Assembly: GCA_041694885.1 (NCBI GenBank)
Contig: JBGFRX010000014.1
Coordinates: 1 to 28,463 of the forward strand
Direction of reading: 5' to 3'
Length of the DNA stretch: 28,463 bases
From: Candidatus Micrarchaeota archaeon
GTDB taxonomy: Archaea > Micrarchaeota > Micrarchaeia > Anstonellales > Bilamarchaeaceae
The translations under genes and the position numbers were made by a program. Shown here piece after piece: positions 17,149 to 26,172 of this stretch; position 1 is the first letter of the stretch, and each line of letters begins with the position of its first letter. Below the pieces are notes generated by a model. It had not been told where the DNA came from. It did not search any database and saw only the letters and a program-made list of their open reading frames with translations.

Positions 17149-18240
17149 GTGAAAAAGACGATTGCCGCTCTGCCGGGCGACGGAATAGGGCCCGAGACGA
17201 TGCGCGAGGCAGTGAAGGCGCTTGAGGCAGTTGGGAGGAAATACGGACACGAATTCAATGTGGAATACGCTGATTTCGGGGGAGCTGCGTACGACAACTA
17301 CGGCAACCCTTTTCCAGAGGAAACGAAAAAGATGTGCGACAATGCGGACGCAATACTCAAGGGCCCTGTGGGCGCGCCCAAATACGATTCCATTCCTGAT
17401 GTAAATCTTAGACCAGAGCGAGGGGCAGTTCTTCCCCTTCGCGCGCGCTACCAGACCTATGCGAATTTAAGGCCTGTGCTTCTTCCTCCTTCCCTTAAGC
17501 GCATTTCGCCGCTCAAGCCCGAGCTCATCCCGAACGGAGTGGACATAATGATGGTTAGGGAATTGGTGGGTGGGATTTATTTCGGTAAAAAGGAGCGCGG
17601 AACAGAGAACAACGAGCGCTACTCGGAAGACGTGATGCATTACACCGAAAGCCAGATAGAGAGGATTGCGAGGGTTGCGTTTTCCGTCGCAAGGAAAAGG
17701 AAAAAGATGCTGCACAACATACACAAGGCGAACGTGCTGCTCACCTGCGTATTCTGGAACGAAGTCGTGGAGCGCGTTGGAAAGGAATTTCCTGACGTGA
17801 AATTGGAGCATATGCTCGTGGACAACGCAGCTTACAAGTTGGTGGTCCATCCCACGCAATTCGACGTGATGCTGCTTGAAAACATGTTCGGCGACATACT
17901 GACTGACCAGGCAGGCGGGATTATCGGCTCGCTCGGTCTCATGCCTTCAGCGTGTCTTGGACCGAAAAAGGCGTACTACGAGCCGGCCCATGGTTCTGCG
18001 CCCCACCGCACCGGCACGAACACCGCTAACCCGTATTCGATGATAGGAAGCGTGGCGCTCATGCTCGAGCATTCCTTCGGACTTGAAAAAGAAGCCAAGG
18101 CTGTTTGGGACGCGATGTTCGCAGTGCTCAATAGCGGGTACATGACCAACGACCTTGCGGAAAAGGATGGGCCCAGGGAGAGAGTGATGAGCACGAGCGG
18201 CTTCGGGGACATGGTTGTTGAACGGATAGAGAAAATATAA
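17149..18240 (+). CDS. leuB: 3-isopropylmalate dehydrogenase (bacterial-type length)
   Basis: LPGDGIGPE, RPERG..LPLR, ANLRP, RELVGGIYFG, KANVL, NMFGDIL, YEPAHGSAP, ANP. Confidence 0.95.
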   Translation: MKKTIAALPGDGIGPETMREAVKALEAVGRKYGHEFNVEYADFGGAAYDNYGNPFPEETKKMCDNADAILKGPVGAPKYDSIPDVNLRPERGAVLPLRARYQTYANLRPVLLPPSLKRISPLKPELIPNGVDIMMVRELVGGIYFGKKERGTENNERYSEDVMHYTESQIERIARVAFSVARKRKKMLHNIHKANVLLTCVFWNEVVERVGKEFPDVKLEHMLVDNAAYKLVVHPTQFDVMLLENMFGDILTDQAGGIIGSLGLMPSACLGPKKAYYEPAHGSAPHRTGTNTANPYSMIGSVALMLEHSFGLEKEAKAVWDAMFAVLNSGYMTNDLAEKDGPRERVMSTSGFGDMVVERIEKI

Positions 18241-18458
18241 AGTCCATTTTACGTTTTTTGGCAATTTTGCAAAATCCATTGGTGATTAGATCGTTTTCGA
18301 ACCAAATTTTGAGTTTTGGTATACGATTTCGAACAGCAAACTTTGTTTTCTACCAAATCACCAAATAATTTTTCGCAATTCGCTGACAGATATTTTTTGA
18401 TCAATGCTCATTTCCCATATTCATATAAACACCGGCCGCGAAAAAACATTGTGAAATC

Positions 18459-19868
18459 ATGTCCGAGCGAACGCTTTTAGACAAGGTGTGGGAACTGCAT
18501 GCAGTGAAGGAACTGCCCAATGGCCAGACCCAGCTTTTCGTAGGAATGCACTATATGCACGAGGTCACGAGCCCGCAGGCGTTCGCGATGATGCGCGAGC
18601 GCGGCTGGAAAGCAGCATTTCCAGAGCGCACCTTCGCGAGCATAGATCACACGAATCCGACTGACGGAAGCCCAAGGCCGTTCAAGGATGCCATGGCCGA
18701 GCTCATGGTTTCTGCGCTCGAGAAGAATGCGAAGGAATTCGGAATAACGATATTTGGGCCTGAAGACGAGAAAAACGGAATAGTGCACGTGATAGGGCCG
18801 GAACTGGGCATTACCCAGCCGGGGATGGTGATTGTGTGCGGGGACAGTCACACGAGCACCCACGGAGCGTTCGGCTCCCTTGCTTTCGGAATAGGGACTT
18901 CGCAGGTTTTCGACGTTCTTGCCACGCAGTGCGTTGCGATGAAAAAGCCCAAAGTAAGGAAAATAGAGTTAAGGGGATCGTTGGAAAAAGGCGTTTACGC
19001 AAAGGATGTCGCACTTGCGCTCATACGCAAATCAGGAGTGAACATGGGAAGCGGATTCGCACACGAATACACGGGAGAAGCAGTGGAGCACATGGATATG
19101 GAGGGGCGCATGACTCTGTGCAACATGAGCATAGAGGGAGGGGCGATAATCGGATATGTGAACCCGGATGAGAAGACGTTCGAGTACCTTAGGGGAAGGC
19201 AATATGCGTCCAAAGGAAAGGAATTCGAACGCGCTGTTGAATATTGGAAATCCATACGCTCGGAAGGAGATGTGGAATACGATGATGTTGTTGAAATTGA
19301 TGCTTCTGAGATAGAACCCATGGTCACTTGGGGAGTAGGCCCGGCGCAGTGCATCGGGATTTCGGAAAACGTGCCTGAACTCAGTGCATTGGCTGAAAAC
19401 GAGCGCAAGGACGCGGTGGACGCAATGGAATACATGGGCCTTGAGCCAGGCCAAAAACTCAATGGGATGAAAATAGATGTCGCGTTTCTGGGCTCGTGCA
19501 CCAACGGGCGGATTTCGGACCTGCGCGAAGCAGCTGCAATTCTCAAAGGAAGGAAGGTTGCAAATGGAGTGCGCGCCATCGTTGTTCCTGGCTCTGCGGA
19601 AGTGAAGAGGGTTGCTGAAAGGGAATTATTGGACAAAATCTTCATCTCTGCAGGATTCGAATGGAGAAATCAGGGGTGCTCGATGTGCCTTGCAATGAAC
19701 CCTGATCGACTCCAGGGCAGGGAGGTGTGCGCTTCTTCCTCAAACAGGAATTTCAGGGGAAGGCAGGGAAGTCCGGACGGAAGGACGATTTTGATGAGCC
19801 CTGCGATGGTAGCAGCTGCTGCAGTGAAGGGCGAAATCACGGATGTAAGGGAAATGCTGACTATATGA
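18459..19868 (+). CDS. leuC: 3-isopropylmalate dehydratase large subunit
   Basis: [41 protein letters not shown]. Confidence 0.97.
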   Translation: MSERTLLDKVWELHAVKELPNGQTQLFVGMHYMHEVTSPQAFAMMRERGWKAAFPERTFASIDHTNPTDGSPRPFKDAMAELMVSALEKNAKEFGITIFGPEDEKNGIVHVIGPELGITQPGMVIVCGDSHTSTHGAFGSLAFGIGTSQVFDVLATQCVAMKKPKVRKIELRGSLEKGVYAKDVALALIRKSGVNMGSGFAHEYTGEAVEHMDMEGRMTLCNMSIEGGAIIGYVNPDEKTFEYLRGRQYASKGKEFERAVEYWKSIRSEGDVEYDDVVEIDASEIEPMVTWGVGPAQCIGISENVPELSALAENERKDAVDAMEYMGLEPGQKLNGMKIDVAFLGSCTNGRISDLREAAAILKGRKVANGVRAIVVPGSAEVKRVAERELLDKIFISAGFEWRNQGCSMCLAMNPDRLQGREVCASSSNRNFRGRQGSPDGRTILMSPAMVAAAAVKGEITDVREMLTI

Positions 19869-19882
19869 AATGCGTGATTGCG

Positions 19883-20494
19883 ATGGATAGGGAAATAAAA
19901 ATCATAAGCGGAACTGCGGTTCCTCTGCCTGGGAACAACATTGACACGGACAGAATAATGCCCGCTCGCTTCATGAAAGAGATAACGTTCGGGAACACGG
20001 GCAGTCATGTGTTTTACGATGAACGATACGATGACGACGGGGAGGAGAAAAAGCACCCGTTCAACGAGAAGCGGTTTGAAGGTGCATCGATCATGATTGT
20101 GAACAGGAATTTCGGGTGCGGCTCCTCGCGCGAGCACGCTGCCCAGGGGCTTATGCGCCATGGGATAACGGCAATAATAGGCGAGTCGTTTTCCCATATT
20201 TTCGCAGGCAATTGCTTCAGGCTCGGCATTCCGTGCATTTCACTGAGTCATGAGCACATTAAGGCGCTGATGTTGGTTGTTGAAGAGAAGCCAACAACTG
20301 TGATTGAAATTTCCCTTGAGGAAAGGAAAATAATGTACATGAATAATGATGTGGGGTTTTCCATGGTTGAAGAGCAGCGCAAGGCATTCGTGGGCGGATA
20401 CTGGAACGTTACTGAACTCATGCGCTCGAACATGGAAATTGTGCAGGAAAAGGCGAAACGGATCCCGTACATGAACGGTTTCACTCAGCATTAA
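19883..20494 (+). CDS. leuD: 3-isopropylmalate dehydratase small subunit
   Basis: NIDTDRIMPARF, NFGCGSSREHA, ESF..IF..NC. Start is ATG 19883 (same cgtgattgcgATG context as priS) or ATG 19865. Confidence 0.95.
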   Translation: MDREIKIISGTAVPLPGNNIDTDRIMPARFMKEITFGNTGSHVFYDERYDDDGEEKKHPFNEKRFEGASIMIVNRNFGCGSSREHAAQGLMRHGITAIIGESFSHIFAGNCFRLGIPCISLSHEHIKALMLVVEEKPTTVIEISLEERKIMYMNNDVGFSMVEEQRKAFVGGYWNVTELMRSNMEIVQEKAKRIPYMNGFTQH

Positions 20495-20518
20495 AATCCT
20501 TTCAGCGCATTCTAAATC

Positions 20519-22177
20519 ATGGGAGAACTTCTTTCGGATATTGAAATAGCCCAGTCCGCGAAATTGAAAAAAATAGAGAGGATAGCGGCTAAGCTCGGAA
20601 TTCCCAAAAACGAGCTAGAATTCTATGGGAAATACAAGGCAAAGGTGCCGATTTCATATTACGAAAAGATAAAGGACAGATCCGACGGAAAACTGATTCT
20701 CGTTACTGCGATAACCCCTACGAGTTTGGGGGAGGGTAAAACCACAACTGCAATAGGGCTTGCCCAGGCATTAAGCAAAATGAAGAAGAAAGCTGCATGC
20801 GCACTGCGCGAGCCCTCGCTCGGCCCTGTATTCGGAATAAAGGGAGGCGCAACTGGCGGGGGACATTCGCAGCTGCTTCCGATGGAGGACATCAACTTGC
20901 ATTTCACTGGGGACATTCATGCGATAACTGCTGCGAACAACCTCCTTGCGGCTATTATTGACAACCACATTTTCCAGGGCAATGCATTGAAATTCAAAAA
21001 AATCACGTGGAAAAGATGCATGGACATAAATGACAGGGCGCTCAGAAAAACAAAGATCGGAACCGGAACGCGAGGCGAAAGGGACGATGGTTTTGACATA
21101 AGCGTTGCGAGCGAAGTGATGGCAATCTTCTGTCTCTCCAACGATTTGGACGAATTGAAAACGAAGCTGGGAAGCGCAATTGTTGGATATAATGAAGGCG
21201 GGGAAGCGATACGCGCAGAGGATTTGAAAGCAGAGGGGGCGATGGCCGCGCTGCTCAAAGATGCCCTGAACCCGAATCTTGTGCAGACGCTCGAGGGCGT
21301 GGCTGCGTTCGTGCACGGCGGGCCTTTTGCAAACATCGCGCACGGAACGAATTCGATAATAGCCACGAAAATGGCGCTCAAGCTCTCCGACTATATTGTT
21401 ACCGAAGCGGGGTTCGGCTCTGATTTGGGCGCGGAGAAATATTTCGATATCGTTTCGAGGTACGGGGGGTTCTTGCCTGATGCGGTTGTGTTAGTCGCGT
21501 CCGTGAGGGCACTCAAGCTCCACGGAGGGGTGGATAAAGGAGAGCTGAAAAACGAGAATGTTGAGGCAGTGGAAAAGGGATTTGCGAATCTCCTGAGGCA
21601 TGTGGAGAACATGCGGAAATTCGGCGCTGAGCCAGTGATTGCGATAAACAGGTTTCCTGCAGATACGAAAAAGGAGCTTGCAAAACTGGATGAATTGTGC
21701 AGGAAATATAATGTGGACTTTGCGCTTTCCGAGGTCTGGGCAAAAGGCGGAAGAGGGGGGATCGCACTTGCTGAAAAGGTGCTCGAAGCAATTGCGCAGG
21801 AAAAGAAGGCGAAGCCGCTCTACGAACTGGATTTGCCGCTCAGGAGGAAAATAGAAACAGTTGTGAAGGAGATTTACCGCGGAAAGGAAGTTGTTTATGC
21901 ACCGGAGGCAAAAGAAATGCTGGAAAAGGCGGAAAATGCGGGCTTTGGAAAAATGCCCGTGTGCGTAGCGAAAACGCAGTATTCGTTTTCAGACGATCAA
22001 AAAGCGTTGAACGCACCGGAGGGATTTGCGGTTACTGTACGCGAGGTGCGGATTTCAGCAGGCGCGGGCTTCGTGGTTGCCATAGCAGGAGAGATAATGA
22101 CGATGCCGGGGCTTCCGAAAAGCCCTGCTGCTGAAAGAATAGACGTGAAAGGGGGAAAAATAAGCGGGTTATTTTAA
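20519..22177 (+). CDS. fhs: Formate--tetrahydrofolate ligase
   Basis: SDIEIAQ, GEGKTT, LREPSLGP, INLHFTGD, HGGPFANIAHG, TEAGFGSDLG, AKTQYSFSD, MPGLP. Confidence 0.97.
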   Translation: MGELLSDIEIAQSAKLKKIERIAAKLGIPKNELEFYGKYKAKVPISYYEKIKDRSDGKLILVTAITPTSLGEGKTTTAIGLAQALSKMKKKAACALREPSLGPVFGIKGGATGGGHSQLLPMEDINLHFTGDIHAITAANNLLAAIIDNHIFQGNALKFKKITWKRCMDINDRALRKTKIGTGTRGERDDGFDISVASEVMAIFCLSNDLDELKTKLGSAIVGYNEGGEAIRAEDLKAEGAMAALLKDALNPNLVQTLEGVAAFVHGGPFANIAHGTNSIIATKMALKLSDYIVTEAGFGSDLGAEKYFDIVSRYGGFLPDAVVLVASVRALKLHGGVDKGELKNENVEAVEKGFANLLRHVENMRKFGAEPVIAINRFPADTKKELAKLDELCRKYNVDFALSEVWAKGGRGGIALAEKVLEAIAQEKKAKPLYELDLPLRRKIETVVKEIYRGKEVVYAPEAKEMLEKAENAGFGKMPVCVAKTQYSFSDDQKALNAPEGFAVTVREVRISAGAGFVVAIAGEIMTMPGLPKSPAAERIDVKGGKISGLF

Positions 22178-22199
22178 ATTTTGGGTGCGAAATGCCTGC

Positions 22200-23045
22200 A
22201 TGGAAAAGATAATTTCCCCTAATTTTTCGGATTTGCTCCCTCCCAACATCGAATTGAAGGAATTCCCGGATGGAGACACCTATGTGAGAGTTCCTGGTGC
22301 AAAGGCACTGAAAGGCAAGGATGTTGCTGTTTACCACCGCCTCTACCCGCACCAGAATGGTTCGCTCATGCAAGCGCTCTTCATCGCCCGCGTATTGCAG
22401 GGTGCAAGAAGCATTGAGCTCATAGTTCCCTACCTCCCTTATTCAAGGCAGGACAAGATATGGCTCGAGGGCGAGGTGAAGAGCGCGGAAATCGTGTGTG
22501 GGATGCTCAAGTTCGCGGGCTATTCTGGAATAACCACTTTCGACTGCCATTTCCTCAAGAAAGTGGGCGAATACGAATACGGGGGAATAAGGGTTAGGAA
22601 TATTACTCTCAGTGATCTGCTCATCGCGCACGCGAAAAAGCACTTGGGTGAAGATTTCGAAGTGATAAGCCCGGATGCTGGCGCGAACTACATGAGCGGA
22701 GGCAGGGGAATGAGGAAGGTGCGCGGGGACTACGGAGAAGGAAACGTTGTTTACAGAGATATAGAGAAAATGGAGATCAATTTTGACGTGAATGGAAAGA
22801 ACATCCTCATAATAGATGATATGATTTCAAGGGGCACGACAATGATGAGGGCGATAGAGAACCTCAGAAAGAACGGGGCGAAGAAAATAGCGCTCGCTGC
22901 AGCGCACGGCTTTTTCCTGAACGATTCGCTAAAGCGCCTCGGGCAGCTGAGCGACTACATCTTCGTTTCCAATACGATTCCTTCCTCTGTTTCGGAAGTG
23001 AATTTCATGGATGCGCTGCCCCTTGGCGCTTCTTGGTTATTGTGA
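22200..23045 (+). CDS. prs: Ribose-phosphate pyrophosphokinase (archaeal short type, divergent)
   Basis: FPDGDTYVRV, PYLPYSRQDK, SPDAGA, IIDDMISRGTT, HG, SNTIP. Confidence 0.85.
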   Translation: MEKIISPNFSDLLPPNIELKEFPDGDTYVRVPGAKALKGKDVAVYHRLYPHQNGSLMQALFIARVLQGARSIELIVPYLPYSRQDKIWLEGEVKSAEIVCGMLKFAGYSGITTFDCHFLKKVGEYEYGGIRVRNITLSDLLIAHAKKHLGEDFEVISPDAGANYMSGGRGMRKVRGDYGEGNVVYRDIEKMEINFDVNGKNILIIDDMISRGTTMMRAIENLRKNGAKKIALAAAHGFFLNDSLKRLGQLSDYIFVSNTIPSSVSEVNFMDALPLGASWLL

Positions 23046-23101
23046 ATTCCGGTTGCTATAACCCCTTTTAAATTAGTTGCAAACGAAAGATGAACGATAG
23101 C

Positions 23102-24247
23102 ATGAAGATTGCATTTTTCACCGACACATACTTACCGAATGCCGACGGCGTGGTAACCTACATAGTGAATTACAGGCGCATGTTCGAGGAGATGGGGCAC
23201 GAGGTTTATGTGTTTGCCCCCGGAACGAAGAGACAGAAAGATGAGAACAGGGACTCGAAAGTGCACTACTTCAGTTCTGCGACGTTCAAGCCCTATCCTG
23301 ATTACAGGATTGCGCTCTTCCCCTTCATTTCCGCAACGAACATGATAAAGGAGATAAAGCCGGATATCGTGCATTCGCACGGCATAGCAACAACCGGAAT
23401 TGCTGCATTCCAGGCAGCGAGGAAGATAAATGTACCTGCTATCGCGTCGTTCCACACCATGGTTTCCGAGGTAACCCATTACATAACCAGGAAAGAGGAC
23501 CTGCAGAAACTGTTCGAATCCGTTGCGTGGAAATACCTCGCGTGGTATTATTCGAATTTCGACAGAGTGGTGGTGCCAAGCAATTTCTCCAGGGCGATAC
23601 TGGAAAAGCAGGGGATAAAAAACATTGTTGTGAAGCCAGCAGGGCTCGACTTGAGGAATTTCCATCCCAAGGTGGAATTCGAATTCGTGAAGAAGAAATA
23701 CGGAATTGGGGGGCCCATGGTGCTCTTCGTGGGCCGGCTGGTGGTGGAAAAGAATCTCGCGCTCCTGATGGACGCTGCGCAGAAGGTCGTGAACAAAATT
23801 CCCAATGTGAAATTCGTAATCGGAGGAAAGGGACCTGCTGAGCAGTATTACAAAGACATGGCAAAGGCAAAGGGGCTTTCTGACATTTTCGTATTCGCTG
23901 GATTTGTATCCAATTCTGAGCTTCCTGCGCTTTACCGCGCTGCCGACGTGTTTGCATTCCCCTCGTTTTTCGATACCCAGGGATTCGTTGTGATAGAGGC
24001 CATGGCAACCGGAACTCCCGTTGTTGTACCCAAAGACAGCGCGCCTGCGGAATTCGTAGGAGACGGGGAAAACGGCTACTACTTCTCGGATGCACAGGAT
24101 TTTTCAGAAAAGATAATCTTAGCCATAGAAAATAAGGAAAAGGTTTCCAAAAACGCAGTCGCTGCTGCGAAAAAATATGATTTGAAGGAAGGGGCTAAGG
24201 ACATGCTGGAATTCTACCAATCCCTTCTGAAAAACAAGGGCAAATAA
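23102..24247 (+). CDS. Family 4 glycosyltransferase (GT-B)
   Basis: MKIAFFTDTYLP..DGV, FHT, FVGRL..EKN, DTQGFVVIEAMATG. Confidence 0.9.
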   Translation: MKIAFFTDTYLPNADGVVTYIVNYRRMFEEMGHEVYVFAPGTKRQKDENRDSKVHYFSSATFKPYPDYRIALFPFISATNMIKEIKPDIVHSHGIATTGIAAFQAARKINVPAIASFHTMVSEVTHYITRKEDLQKLFESVAWKYLAWYYSNFDRVVVPSNFSRAILEKQGIKNIVVKPAGLDLRNFHPKVEFEFVKKKYGIGGPMVLFVGRLVVEKNLALLMDAAQKVVNKIPNVKFVIGGKGPAEQYYKDMAKAKGLSDIFVFAGFVSNSELPALYRAADVFAFPSFFDTQGFVVIEAMATGTPVVVPKDSAPAEFVGDGENGYYFSDAQDFSEKIILAIENKEKVSKNAVAAAKKYDLKEGAKDMLEFYQSLLKNKGK

Positions 24248-24255
24248 TCCTCAAA

Positions 24256-24906
24256 CTAAAAGGCGGATGCAAGCGAACGCAGGAATTCTTTCGGATTTTT
24301 CGAATTGACGAACGCGGATGCGAGAAGCACTCCTCTCGCGCCCAACTCCAGGGCCTTTTGCACGTCCTCCCTGGTGCTTATACCTGCGCCGCACAGCACG
24401 CTCATTTCGCCATTTATTGTAGCTATTGTTTCCACTGCTCCTTTCACCACTTCTGGCTTTGCATTGGAGACTGAAATGCCGCTTCCTATAAGTTCCGGAG
24501 GCTCTATTGCTATGTATTTCGCGTTCAGACGCCCTATTTTCAGGACTTCTTCCTGGCTTTCTGCGCAGATTATTGCCTCGAGTTTGAGATCGTTCAGCCG
24601 TTCCAAAGTGATCTTTATCTTCTCGAAGGGGACTTTCCTTTCTGAATGGTTGAGCAGCGAGCCGGCTGCCTTCACTTCCTTTATCGCTTCAGGAGGAATG
24701 GAGCCTGTGAACGCGCCGGGCCTGCTGTCATCCACATGCTGGGCAAAAACATTCTTGTAAATTTTCGCCGCGTCCTTGAGCTGTATTGAGGGAACGGCAA
24801 TAAGGATTGGAAGCCCTGCTTCCCTGGATGCGTCTTTCGCAATTTCAACGAAATCAAGCGCCCTTTCCAGGGACGCGGGGTATGTCTTCAGGTTCAGGAC
24901 TATCAT
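24256..24906 (-). CDS. tpiA: Triosephosphate isomerase (archaeal type)
   Basis: NLKTY, AQH, NHSE, IEPPELIG, CGAGI, GVLLAS. Confidence 0.96.
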   Translation of the reverse strand: MIVLNLKTYPASLERALDFVEIAKDASREAGLPILIAVPSIQLKDAAKIYKNVFAQHVDDSRPGAFTGSIPPEAIKEVKAAGSLLNHSERKVPFEKIKITLERLNDLKLEAIICAESQEEVLKIGRLNAKYIAIEPPELIGSGISVSNAKPEVVKGAVETIATINGEMSVLCGAGISTREDVQKALELGARGVLLASAFVNSKNPKEFLRSLASAF

Positions 24907-24948
24907 ATAAAAAGGATTTATTAGTATAAATTAAAAATAGTATATTTG

Positions 24949-25021
24949 CGCCGAGGTCGCATTTTATCGACGCTTCGATAAAAGGTCCTCATCGTTCGCG
25001 ATGCTTACGCCGAGGTCGCAT
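24949..25021 (+). repeat. 14-bp direct repeat duplicating the tRNA 5' end, enclosing two hairpins
   Basis: CGCCGAGGTCGCAT at 24949-24962 and 25008-25021. Confidence 0.85.
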
Positions 25022-25167
25022 AATCCGGTAGTGCGTCGGAAGCTTTTTGCTGACGAATCTCGAACCGGATGAGAGACAACCGATCCCTCACGGGATTGCA
25101 GGTTCAAATGTCTCTAATTCCGAAACTGAAAACCCGGAACTGGAAACTGGATTTCCTGCCCTCGGCG
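25009..25167 (+). tRNA. tRNA-Ser(CGA) with three introns (30/31, 37/38, 59/60)
   Basis: Exons 25009-25039, 25058-25064, 25078-25108 and 25154-25167 join to 83 nt. Acceptor GCCGAGG/CCTCGGC with G discriminator; D stem GCAT/GTGC; anticodon stem TCGGT/ACCGA with loop CT-CGA-AA; variable arm TCCC-TCAC-GGGA; T arm GCAGG-TTCAAAT-CCTGC. Introns are 18, 13 and 45 nt. Confidence 0.9.
25121..25148. repeat. Degenerate 7-bp tandem array inside tRNA intron
   Basis: cgaaact gaaaacc cggaact ggaaact. Confidence 0.75.
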
Positions 25168-25180
25168 TTTCTTTTTTTCT
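25168..25180 (+). terminator. Oligo-T tract after tRNA-Ser(CGA)
   Basis: TTTCTTTTTTTCT immediately after the discriminator base. Confidence 0.6.
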
Positions 25181-25189
25181 CTATAAGAT

Positions 25190-26155
25190 TTAGGTCATGA
25201 ATTCAGCTAAACCCGCTATAAATGCGCTAAAATTTCCAGCTGCTTTTCTCCCGTAATAGGTTGCGGCCTGCAGGAGGTTACCCATTCCTCCGAGAATTTC
25301 GAACCTGCTGGTCATGGCGACGACAAGCTCATGCGCCTCTGCCTCGGCCATCTGCGGAAAGGCAATTAGGAAAATATTGGAGAAAAGGCTGCCGAAGAGG
25401 TCGTCGCTGGTGAACTTCGCGGATTGGTCGCGCCCTATCCTTGCCTGCAGATCGTAGGGCAGAAAGACAGAGGAAACCGAGATTTCCGCGTCTTCAAAAC
25501 CGCGGCTGCGCAGAAGCCTTGCTATGCTCGCATGGAAAGAGCCATACCGCAGGAGCACCCTGATTTCTTTTTCCTGCGACAGCTCGGGATAAAACTTCGG
25601 AAGTAATTCCGGGAGGGCCGTGAAATTATCCACAGTGCGTGTATCACGTGTGAATGTGCATTCCTGGAAATACCGCCTTTCGCCAGCTTCTATGACTTCA
25701 GCAGCAGCTTCGTAATTTCCGGAAAATATCAGTTCCAATGCCCTGAAATAAGCAGAATTCAGCGCCTCGGTGGCTTCTGAAAAGCGCTTTAGTTCTGTGG
25801 GCGTGTATCCTTCGACGCAGTAGAAAACCGGGCGGTAGCGCCCGAAATCCGCATCCATTACGACTTCCAGCTGCTTAGCTTCAAAATCCGCATTTGGGAT
25901 AATTGTTTGCAGATGCGCTCTGTACAGTTGGAGGACGCGCTCGCGCGTGTTGCTATCAGTCCTGCCTTCGAGCAAAACGGCGCGGATGTTTTCGTTGCTT
26001 TCATGGCGGTCCTTTTCCAGCAGACGGCTGTTTTCTGCTATGAAGAAGTGTGGCTTGAACTCTGAAATCGGCGCCTTCATGGACTCCGCATGTACTGAAG
26101 ACGCATGCATCCCATGCAACGTGCGTATTTTGAATCTTGATTTTTCCAGCAGCAT
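25190..26155 (-). CDS. Hypothetical protein, possible TraB/Tiki/EreA-ChaN-like fold
   Basis: 321-aa ORF with motif order LHGMH ... FIAE ... TRD ... RYGSFH. Confidence 0.6.
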   Translation of the reverse strand: MLLEKSRFKIRTLHGMHASSVHAESMKAPISEFKPHFFIAENSRLLEKDRHESNENIRAVLLEGRTDSNTRERVLQLYRAHLQTIIPNADFEAKQLEVVMDADFGRYRPVFYCVEGYTPTELKRFSEATEALNSAYFRALELIFSGNYEAAAEVIEAGERRYFQECTFTRDTRTVDNFTALPELLPKFYPELSQEKEIRVLLRYGSFHASIARLLRSRGFEDAEISVSSVFLPYDLQARIGRDQSAKFTSDDLFGSLFSNIFLIAFPQMAEAEAHELVVAMTSRFEILGGMGNLLQAATYYGRKAAGNFSAFIAGLAEFMT

Positions 26156-26172
26156 GGTCCCGCCGATCAGAA

